From: Nitrospinota bacterium
GTDB lineage: Bacteria > UBA8248
DNA length: 21,319 nt
Assembly (NCBI GenBank): GCA_046581755.1
Contig: JAYGFR010000147.1
Span: 1-21,319 of the forward strand
Reading direction: 5' to 3'
Part shown: in pieces, positions 8,793 to 16,334 of the stretch
Numbering within the stretch: position 1 is the first letter of the stretch
How the letters are laid out: every line of letters starts with the position of its first letter
Translations under genes and position numbers: made by a program
Notes under the pieces: model-generated
The model's input: the letters and a program-made list of their open reading frames with translations, nothing else
Databases searched by the model: none
Told to the model about the DNA's origin: nothing

Positions 8793-9805
8793 GCGCCGAT
8801 GCCGCGGCAAGGGCCTCGAACGGCGCCCGGGGCGATACCCTGGTCGAAGTGTCGGGCCTGAAGATGCACTTTCCCATTACCGAGGGAATCCTTTTCCAGA
8901 AAAGCATGGGCGCCGTGAAGGCCGTCGATGGCGTGAGCTTCACGATCGCCCGGGGCGAGACCCTCGGCCTCGTCGGGGAGTCGGGTTGCGGCAAGACGAC
9001 GACGGGCCGGTGCATCCTCAGGCTCGAGGAGCCCACCGAGGGCGAGATCAAATTCGATGGCGTGGACCTGCTGACGCTCGAGGGGATCGAGCTGCGCGAG
9101 ATACGGCGGAAGATCCAGGTCATTTTTCAGGACCCATACAGTTCCCTGAACCCCCGCATGAAGGTGGGCGATATCGTCGGCGAGCCGATGTACGTCCACG
9201 GCATCGAGCCGGACTCGAAAAAGCGCCGTTTGCGGGTGCGCGAGCTGCTCACGACCTGCGGCCTGCGCGCCGAGATGGACGACCGCTATCCCCATGAGAT
9301 GAGCGGCGGCCAGCGCCAGCGGGTGGGCATCGCCCGGGCGCTCGCCCTCGAGCCCGAGTTCATCATATGCGATGAGCCGGTATCGGCCCTGGACGTGTCG
9401 ATTCAGGCCCAGGTGATCAACCTGCTCGAGGATTTGCGCGATAAATTCGGCCTGACCTATCTGTTCATCGCCCACGATTTGAGCGTCGTCCGCCACCTCT
9501 GTCACCGGGTGGCGGTGATGTATTTGGGGAAAATCGTGGAGTTGGCGGATTGCGACGAATTGTACGATAATCCCCAGCATCCTTATACGAAGGCGTTGCT
9601 TTCGGCCGTCCCCGTGCCGGACCCGGAGGTCGAGGAAGGCCGCGAGCACATCATCGTCACGGGGGAGGTTCCGAGTCCGATCAACCCGCCGCGCGGATGC
9701 GTGTTCCACACGCGGTGTCCGGTAGCGGTGGATGGATGCCGGCGAGATGTTCCCGAGTTCAGGGAACTCTCGCGCGGCCACTGGGCGGCGTGCCCGGAAA
9801 TTTAA
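8789..9805 (+). CDS. oppF: Oligopeptide/dipeptide-type ABC transporter ATP-binding subunit (OppF/DppF-like)
   Basis: [68 protein letters not shown] overlap with the upstream stop. Symbol is family-level only. Confidence 0.93.
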   Translation: MSADAAARASNGARGDTLVEVSGLKMHFPITEGILFQKSMGAVKAVDGVSFTIARGETLGLVGESGCGKTTTGRCILRLEEPTEGEIKFDGVDLLTLEGIELREIRRKIQVIFQDPYSSLNPRMKVGDIVGEPMYVHGIEPDSKKRRLRVRELLTTCGLRAEMDDRYPHEMSGGQRQRVGIARALALEPEFIICDEPVSALDVSIQAQVINLLEDLRDKFGLTYLFIAHDLSVVRHLCHRVAVMYLGKIVELADCDELYDNPQHPYTKALLSAVPVPDPEVEEGREHIIVTGEVPSPINPPRGCVFHTRCPVAVDGCRRDVPEFRELSRGHWAACPEI

Positions 9806-9885
9806 CCGAGGTTTCAGAGCGTTCGAGAAGAGTGTTTTTTAAGCGAAGGGGCGACCCTTTCATCCTGAAGTGAGGAGGATTGGAA

Positions 9886-11508
9886 ATGGCAAGGTGGAAG
9901 ATGAAGTCCATCCTCGCGCTCACGTTGACGCTGGTTCTGGCTGTTTGGACGTTTGGTCCGAGCCCGGCAGATGCGGTGAAGCGCGGCGGAATGTTGAAAT
10001 TCGTCGTGGGATCGAAGATTCCCTCCTACGACGGCCACAGGGAAACGACGTTCGGCGTCATTCACCCGATCCGGCCGTTCTATAGCCTTTTGATCCGGGT
10101 GAATCCGAACAATCCCCAGTCGCCGACGGATTTCGTTTGCGACCTCTGCGCGGGCTCGGTGCCCAAACCGACCGAGGGGGGTACGAAGTACACCTTCAAA
10201 ATCAACAAGAAAGTCTGGTTCCACAACGGGGCAAAGCTCACCGCGGCCGACATCAAGGCCACATTCGACAAAATTATTTTCCCGCCGAAGGGAATCCCGA
10301 GCGCCCGGAAGGCGTTCTACGTCATGGTGAAATCGGTCTCGGCGCCGGACAAATACACCATCGTGTTCACGCTGAAATACGCGTCGGGCGCCTTCGTCCC
10401 CGCTCTCGCCAATCCGTTCAACTGGATCTACTCCAAGGCGGATTTGGATAAGCACGGCATGAAGTGGCACAGGACGCACATCAACGGCTCCGGCGCCTTC
10501 CGCTTCGTGCAGCACAAGCCGGGCGCCTACGTCGAGGGCAAGCGCTACAAGAAATACCACCACGAGGGCAAGCCCTACCTGGACGGCTACCGGGCGATCT
10601 CGGCGCCCAAGATGTCGATCCGGCTCCAGGCCATCCGGGGCGGCCGGGCGTTCATCGAGTTCCGCGGTTTTCCGCCCAAGGCGCGCGACGATCTGAAAAA
10701 GGCGCTGGGCAAAAAGCTCCGCGTTCAGGAGAGCGACTGGAACTGCAACCTGATGATCACCCCGAACAACAAGCGCGCTCCGTTCGATAATCCCAACGTC
10801 CGCCGGGCGCTCACCCTGGCGGTTGACCGCTGGGCGGGCTCGAAGCATCTATCGAGAATCGCCATCGTGAGGGGAGTCGGCGGCATCGTGTTCCCGAAGC
10901 ATCCGTTCGCCGCCACCAAGGCCGAGCTTCAAAAGATTGCCGGCTACTGGCCGAGCATCAAAAAATCCCGCGCCGAGGCGAGGCGGCTGCTGAAAGAGGC
11001 GGGCGTGAACCTGAACAAAACCTACATTTTCAACAACCGCGGCGTGGACCAGCCCTACAAGATCGTGGGCACCTGGCTTCTCGGCCAGTGGCGGAGCATC
11101 GGCCTCAAGTTCAAGCAAGAGGTCAAGCCCTCTCCCGCCTTCTACGACTCGCTGCGCAAGAAGCATGACTGGGACGTGAGCATCGACTTCAACTGCCAGT
11201 CGGTCATCAATCCGCTGGTCGACATCTCGAAGTTCCTCTCCGACGACGTTTCGGGCAACCAGTATGCCCAGTACATCGACCGCAAGCTGGACAAACTGTT
11301 CGACAAGATGAACAAGGAGGCCGATCCCAAGAAGCAGCGTGTGCTGATTCGCCAGTACGAGAAGCACGCTCTGGATACGGCGGCGCACCAGTTCGTCACG
11401 CTGTGGTGGTACAAGATCAACCCCCACCACGACTTCGTGAAGGGTTGGAAGATCGCGCCGAGCCACTATCTGAACCAGTCGCTCGATCAAATCTGGCTGG
11501 ATCGGTAG
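9886..11508 (+). CDS. ABC transporter substrate-binding protein, family 5 (OppA/DppA/NikA-like)
   Basis: Sec signal ending ...SPADA|VKRGG, WFHNGAKLTAADIKAT family-5 signature, GSGAF, PFDNPNVRRALTLAVDR. GAGGAGG RBS 7 nt before ATG 9886. Confidence 0.92.
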   Translation: MARWKMKSILALTLTLVLAVWTFGPSPADAVKRGGMLKFVVGSKIPSYDGHRETTFGVIHPIRPFYSLLIRVNPNNPQSPTDFVCDLCAGSVPKPTEGGTKYTFKINKKVWFHNGAKLTAADIKATFDKIIFPPKGIPSARKAFYVMVKSVSAPDKYTIVFTLKYASGAFVPALANPFNWIYSKADLDKHGMKWHRTHINGSGAFRFVQHKPGAYVEGKRYKKYHHEGKPYLDGYRAISAPKMSIRLQAIRGGRAFIEFRGFPPKARDDLKKALGKKLRVQESDWNCNLMITPNNKRAPFDNPNVRRALTLAVDRWAGSKHLSRIAIVRGVGGIVFPKHPFAATKAELQKIAGYWPSIKKSRAEARRLLKEAGVNLNKTYIFNNRGVDQPYKIVGTWLLGQWRSIGLKFKQEVKPSPAFYDSLRKKHDWDVSIDFNCQSVINPLVDISKFLSDDVSGNQYAQYIDRKLDKLFDKMNKEADPKKQRVLIRQYEKHALDTAAHQFVTLWWYKINPHHDFVKGWKIAPSHYLNQSLDQIWLDR

Positions 11509-11529
11509 CGGCGGTTAGACGCTCAATCC

Positions 11530-11564
11530 TCCCCGCCCGCCGCGGTTGCAGCGGCGGGCGGGGA
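11530..11564 (+). terminator. 14-bp GC-rich intergenic hairpin after the SBP gene (mRNA stabiliser or partial terminator)
   Basis: TCCCCGCCCGCCGC-ggttgca-GCGGCGGGCGGGGA is a perfect inverted repeat with no U-tract. Confidence 0.7.
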
Positions 11565-11580
11565 ATTCCGGAGCCCGGGT

Positions 11581-12552
11581 GTGTATAAATACATTATTAA
11601 AAGAATTCTGTTGATGATTCCGACCCTGCTCGGGGCGGCCGTGCTCATCTTTTTCTTGCTCCGCCTCATTCCGGGCGACGTTTGCGTGGTTCGCATGGCG
11701 GGTTCGGGGGTCTACGTCGATCCCGAGGCGATCAAGATATGCCAGCACGAACTCGGGATCGACCAGCCGGTGTACGTGCAGTTTTTCGATTTCGTATGGG
11801 GATTTATGCACTTCGACCTGGGCAAATCGATGTGGACCGAAAGGCCCATTGCCCATGAGATCGGCCTCCGCTTCCAGCTTTCGCTCCAGGTAGCCATCAT
11901 GGCGACCGTGACGGCCACCATCATCGCCATCCCGCTCGGCACGATATCGGCCATCAATCAGGACACCTGGATTGACTACATCGTCCGCACCTTCAGCATC
12001 GCGGGAATCGCCATGCCCTCGTTCTGGCTGGGAATCATCATCATCTTGGGCCTTTTGATCATCACCAATAAAATCACCGGCACCCCGTGGATGCCGCCCA
12101 TCGTGTATACCCCCTTCTGGGTGAACCCGATGGAGAACATGAGCCAGTTGATATGGCCCGCCCTGGCGACAGGCTACCGCTACGCGGCCGTGGCCACTCG
12201 CATGACGCGCTCGACCCTGCTCGAGGTGCTCCGGGAGGATTACGTCCGGACGGCGCGGGCCAAGGGCCTCCTCGAGAAACTCATCATCAACCGCCATGCG
12301 CTCAAGAACGCACTCCTGCCGGTGACCACCGTCATTGGCCTCGAATTCGCCTTTCTCATGGGCGGGCTCGTCGTGACCGAGCAGGTCTTCAACCTGAACG
12401 GGCTGGGAAAGCTTTTGGTCGAATCGGTGCTCAATTCGGACTATACGATGACCCAGGCGCTGGTTATGTTGGTGGCGGTGGTGTTTATTTTGACGAATTT
12501 CGTGATCGATATTTTGTACGCGTGGCTCGATCCGCGGATTCGCTACAGTTAA
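11581..12552 (+). CDS. oppB: ABC transporter permease (OppB/DppB-like)
   Basis: YIIKRILLMIPTL, PGD, DLGKS, PSFWLG, EVLREDYVRTARAKGL (EAA loop), HALKNAL, LDPRIRY. Symbol is family-level only. Confidence 0.93.
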   Translation: MYKYIIKRILLMIPTLLGAAVLIFFLLRLIPGDVCVVRMAGSGVYVDPEAIKICQHELGIDQPVYVQFFDFVWGFMHFDLGKSMWTERPIAHEIGLRFQLSLQVAIMATVTATIIAIPLGTISAINQDTWIDYIVRTFSIAGIAMPSFWLGIIIILGLLIITNKITGTPWMPPIVYTPFWVNPMENMSQLIWPALATGYRYAAVATRMTRSTLLEVLREDYVRTARAKGLLEKLIINRHALKNALLPVTTVIGLEFAFLMGGLVVTEQVFNLNGLGKLLVESVLNSDYTMTQALVMLVAVVFILTNFVIDILYAWLDPRIRYS

Positions 12553-12564
12553 GGAAAACCATCG

Positions 12565-13461
12565 ATGGCCGTTACCGACGCGACCGCAGAACTTATCGCA
12601 GCCGAGGACAAAGGCGCCTCCTGGACGGCGAAACTGTGGGCTCTGATCCGGCGCAAACCGCTCGGCGCCGCCGGCGCGTTCGTGATCTTGTTCCTCATCG
12701 TTATCTCCGCCCTGGCCCCCTTCATCACCGGCTACGATCCGGTGCAGAATTCGTGGGGGGAAATGCACGTCGCGCCCAACTGGGCCCACTGGTTCGGAAC
12801 CGATCAGTTCGGCAGGGATATCCTGACGCGGCTCGTCTACGGGGCGCGGACGGCCCTCTTCGTCGGATTCGCGGCCTCGTCCATCGGCGCGACAGTGGGC
12901 CTGGTGCTCGGTGTGTCGAGCGCCTACTTCGGGGGCCGCTTCGATTTGATCTTCCAACGGCTCATGGACATTTTCATGTCCTTCCCGCTGATCATCATGG
13001 CCCTGGCCGTGGTCTCGATCATGGGGACCGGAGCCGACAAGGTGATTTTAGCCATCACGATACCCTTCATCCCCCGTTGCGCGCGCGTCGTGCGCGCCAG
13101 CGCCCTGGCCGTCCGCGAGATTCCCTACGTGGACGCCGCCCGCACGCTCGGGTTCAACCACAAGCGGATCATCCTCCGCCACATGGTGCCCAACGTGATG
13201 GCCCCCTATCTCATCATGCTGACCACGTTCATGGGCCAGGCCATTCTGCTCGAAGCCTCGCTGTCCTACCTGGGCCTGGGTGTCCAGGAGCCGACCCCGG
13301 CCTGGGGCCTGATGCTTCAGGGCGGCGCCGAGGAGTACGCCGAGAGCGCCCCCTGGATTCCGATCTTCCCGGGCCTGGCCATCACGATTGGCGTCTTCGC
13401 GTTCAATCTCTTCGGGGACGCCTTGCGCGACACCCTCGATCCGAGGCTCCGCTCCCAGTAA
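12565..13461 (+). CDS. oppC: ABC transporter permease (OppC/DppC-like)
   Basis: HWFGTDQFGRDILTRLVYGAR, YVDAARTLG, HMVPN, EASLSYLGLG, NLFGDALRDTLDPR. Symbol is family-level only. Confidence 0.93.
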   Translation: MAVTDATAELIAAEDKGASWTAKLWALIRRKPLGAAGAFVILFLIVISALAPFITGYDPVQNSWGEMHVAPNWAHWFGTDQFGRDILTRLVYGARTALFVGFAASSIGATVGLVLGVSSAYFGGRFDLIFQRLMDIFMSFPLIIMALAVVSIMGTGADKVILAITIPFIPRCARVVRASALAVREIPYVDAARTLGFNHKRIILRHMVPNVMAPYLIMLTTFMGQAILLEASLSYLGLGVQEPTPAWGLMLQGGAEEYAESAPWIPIFPGLAITIGVFAFNLFGDALRDTLDPRLRSQ

Positions 13462-13519
13462 ATTTCACCGGCCTCATCTTGAGCCCGCCGCCCGGCCCCG
13501 GATTCGGCGCCCTCACCCC

Positions 13520-14386
13520 CTATCCGGCGGGAATGTATTTCGACTCGATCTCCTGAATCGCCCCGTATCCGGCCAATTCGAAACGCTGGGGGTAGGTGAG
13601 CATCCGCTCCTCGAGGGATTCAAGCGAGCCCGTCTCCCAGAGTTGCCGGGCAGCCTCGCGCATGGCGTAGGCGGCGATCCGCTGCATGTCGCCGGGGTAG
13701 ACCGCAATCCGGAATCCCATCTCCTCCAGCTTCGCGAGCGGCATGGTCTCAGCTCCCCAGGCGACGATCAGAAGGCAGGGCGCCTCCACCTCGCGGGGGA
13801 CGCGCGCCAGCTCCTCCTCGTTTCCGGGCGAGGTGATGAACAGGACGTCGGCCCCGGCGTCCCGGTAGGCCTGGCACCGCCCGATCGCCTCGTCGATGCC
13901 CAGGCTCTCGCGGGCGTCCGTGCGGGCGACGATGACGAAATCCGGGTCGCTCCTCGCCTCGCTGGCGGCCGAAATTTTCAGGCACATCTCCTCTGTGCTC
14001 ACCACCTCGCGGCCCGAGAGATGGCTGCATTTTTTGGGCGACACCTGGTCTTCGAACTGAATTCCCGAGGCGCCGGCCCGCTCGAATTCGCGCACCGTGC
14101 GCTGGGCGTTGATCGCATTTCCGTAACCCGTGTCGGCGTCGGCGATGACGGGGGTGGAGACGACCGAAGTGATCCGGTTGCAGGCTTCCGCCATCTCGGT
14201 GAGGGTGAGCAGGCCCACGTCCGGCAGGCCGTGGGTGCCGAGCGAGACGCCCGAACCCGTCATGTAGAGAAGCTCGAAGCCCGCCTCGGAGGCGATTTGG
14301 GCCGAGATGCCGTCCCAGACGCCCGGCGAGGGGATCAGCCCGGGCGCGGCGAGCATCTCGCGGAGCCGCACGTTTTTCGATGTCAT
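13520..14386 (-). CDS. Isocitrate lyase/PEP mutase superfamily, lyase branch (PrpB / 2,3-dimethylmalate lyase-like)
   Basis: YMTGSG, GLPDVGL, IADADTGYG, EDQVSPKKCSH, IVARTDA, AGADVLF. ATGA overlap with the upstream leuD-like gene. Confidence 0.9.
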   Translation of the reverse strand: MTSKNVRLREMLAAPGLIPSPGVWDGISAQIASEAGFELLYMTGSGVSLGTHGLPDVGLLTLTEMAEACNRITSVVSTPVIADADTGYGNAINAQRTVREFERAGASGIQFEDQVSPKKCSHLSGREVVSTEEMCLKISAASEARSDPDFVIVARTDARESLGIDEAIGRCQAYRDAGADVLFITSPGNEEELARVPREVEAPCLLIVAWGAETMPLAKLEEMGFRIAVYPGDMQRIAAYAMREAARQLWETGSLESLEERMLTYPQRFELAGYGAIQEIESKYIPAG

Positions 14387-14916
14387 GATTTCTTTCCTCC
14401 TTGTGCGGCCTTACGGGCCGCGATGATTTTTTTTCCGTGGGCGACCAGGCCCCCAGCATCGATAATGTCCATCAGGAAATCAGGCAGCGGCGGGAACGAA
14501 AACGTGCGCCCGCCCGGAGCGGTGATTTGACCGGCGCGAAAATCGAGGTCAATTCGCTCCCCGTCCCGGACGGCGTCGGCGGCCTCGGGGCAGGTGATGA
14601 GGAGGAGCCCGAAGTTGACGGCGTTGCGGAAAAATATCCGGGCGAACGATTTGGCGATCACAGCGGGAATCCCGGCCGCCTTGATGGCGCCGGCGGCCTG
14701 CTCGCGCGAGGAGCCGCAGCCGAAATTCTCGCCGGCGAGAATGATCCCCCCCGGCCGGACGCGGGATGAGATCTCTGGCCCCAGCCCTTCGAAAAGATGC
14801 TTTTTCATCTCCTCGGGCTCGTAGACGAGAATGTATTTTCCCGGGTAGATCACGTCCGTGTTGATGTCGTCGCCCAGCTTGAGGACGCTGCCCGAGAATT
14901 CGGTGGGAGCCGCCAT
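14383..14916 (-). CDS. leuD: 3-isopropylmalate dehydratase / homoaconitase family small subunit (LeuD/HacB/DmdB-like)
   Basis: GDDINTDVIYPGKY, AGENFGCGSSREQA, VIAKSFARIFFRNAVNFGL, IIDAGGL. Probably a catabolic paralogue rather than the leucine-biosynthetic enzyme. Confidence 0.9.
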   Translation of the reverse strand: MAAPTEFSGSVLKLGDDINTDVIYPGKYILVYEPEEMKKHLFEGLGPEISSRVRPGGIILAGENFGCGSSREQAAGAIKAAGIPAVIAKSFARIFFRNAVNFGLLLITCPEAADAVRDGERIDLDFRAGQITAPGGRTFSFPPLPDFLMDIIDAGGLVAHGKKIIAARKAAQGGKKS

Positions 14917-14929
14917 CGTCTCTCCCTTC

Positions 14930-16192
14930 TCAACGACCCCGGAGCAGGGGCCTGGGATCGGCGATGACCCCCTTGACCGCCGAGGCGGCCACCGTGGCCG
15001 GACTGGCGAGATAGATTTCGGCGTTCGGGTTGCCCATCCGCCCCTTGAAATTCCGGTTCGAGGAGGAGATGCAGACCTCCCCGTCCGCCAGGATTCCCTG
15101 GCTGCCGCCGAAGCAGGCCCCGCAGCCGGGGTTGAGGATCATGGCCCCGGCTTCGAGGAGGGTGCGGATATAGCCCTTCCGGTCGGCCTCGAGGTATTCG
15201 AGGCGCGAGGCGGGCCCGGCCAGCAGGCGCACGCCGCGGGCCACCTTTCTTCCCCTGAGAATTCTCGCCGCCTCGCCCAGGTCGTCGCTTCGCCCGTTGG
15301 TGCAAGACCCCAGGAAGGCCTGGTGAACAGGGACCCCCGCCGCCTCCTCGATAGGCTTGACGTTGTCCACCGCATGGGGACAGGAGACCATCGGTCCGAG
15401 GCGGCTCACGTCGAACTCGTATTCGGTCTCGTAGCGCGCGCCGCTGCCGGGGGCCACGGGCCGGTATTTTTTCTTGGCCCGCCCCTTGAGGTAGCGTTCC
15501 GTCGTCCGGTCGAAGGGCATGATGCCGGTCTTCGCGCCCATCTCGACGGCCATGTTCGTGAACGAAAAACGCTCCGACATCGAGAGGCGCGCGATAAGAT
15601 CGCCCGAGTATTCGATGGATTTATAGGTGCATCCCCTGGCGGTGACTTTTCCGATGATTTGGAGGATGGCGTCCTTGGCATACACCCCGCGCCGGAGGGT
15701 GCCGTCCACCCGGATCTTCACGCTCTCGGGAACGCGGAGCCATACGCTGCCCACCGCCCAAAGGTAGGCCACCTCGGTGAGGCCGAACGGGAGGGAGACG
15801 GCGTTCACAGCCCCGTGGGAGGTGTTGTGGGAATCCCGTCCCATGATGAGCTGGCCGGGCAGGGCGTGGCCGTTCTCCATGAAAACCTGGTGGCAGATTC
15901 CCTCGCTGACATCGTAGAAATGCTTAAGATTCTTTTCCTCGGCGAACAGGCGGAGGCGCCGGTGCATGTTCGCCGTCCGGGCGGATTCGGCCGGGGACCA
16001 ATGGTCCACCGTCACCACGATTTTGCTTTTATCGAAGGGCTCCTCGGCCCCCATCTCGCGCATCTTGATCAGGGTGGTCTCGCTGAGGGCGCTCTGGATC
16101 ACGTCCGGGGCAGCGTCGATGATCTGCCCGGGCTCGACCGTTTTCAGGCCCGCCGCGCGGGTGAGGATTTTTTCGACGATCGTCTGCGCCAT
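14930..16192 (-). CDS. leuC: 3-isopropylmalate dehydratase / homoaconitase family large subunit (LeuC/HacA/DmdA-like)
   Basis: MAQTIVEKIL start (ATG 16192), EGICHQV, DSH, NMAVEMGAK, [4Fe-4S] ligands GSCTNGR and PGCGAC, SSNRNFKGRMG, YLASPATVAASA. Probably a paralogue. Confidence 0.9.
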   Translation of the reverse strand: MAQTIVEKILTRAAGLKTVEPGQIIDAAPDVIQSALSETTLIKMREMGAEEPFDKSKIVVTVDHWSPAESARTANMHRRLRLFAEEKNLKHFYDVSEGICHQVFMENGHALPGQLIMGRDSHNTSHGAVNAVSLPFGLTEVAYLWAVGSVWLRVPESVKIRVDGTLRRGVYAKDAILQIIGKVTARGCTYKSIEYSGDLIARLSMSERFSFTNMAVEMGAKTGIMPFDRTTERYLKGRAKKKYRPVAPGSGARYETEYEFDVSRLGPMVSCPHAVDNVKPIEEAAGVPVHQAFLGSCTNGRSDDLGEAARILRGRKVARGVRLLAGPASRLEYLEADRKGYIRTLLEAGAMILNPGCGACFGGSQGILADGEVCISSSNRNFKGRMGNPNAEIYLASPATVAASAVKGVIADPRPLLRGR

Positions 16193-16227
16193 CGGGTGCC
16201 CGCCTGTGGGGAATGGTTTCTCTGCCG

Positions 16228-16256
16228 AGTATGCCAAGAGGGCGGCGGCCTGACAA
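16228..16256 (-). promoter_or_regulatory. Putative sigma-70 promoter of the leuC-leuD-lyase operon
   Basis: On the minus strand, TTGTCA (16256-16251), exactly 17 nt, then CATACT (16233-16228) preceded by a TGn extension. It lies ~35 nt before ATG 16192. Confidence 0.55.
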
Positions 16257-16278
16257 TGGAGGGGTGACAACGGAGGGC
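16251..16278. repeat. Tandem 14-bp direct repeat
   Basis: TGACAATGGAGGGG followed by TGACAACGGAGGGC (12/14 identical). Confidence 0.75.
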
Positions 16279-16334
16279 TTGGGAGCGCAAGGCCCGCGGT
16301 TCAAACTTTTTTTATGCAGATGTTTGAGCGCCCA

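Noticed and set aside
13520..14386. PEP mutase, implying a phosphonate biosynthetic cluster
   Set aside because: The protein lacks EDKxxxxxNS and has the Cys-containing lyase loop; no phosphonopyruvate decarboxylase is in the window.
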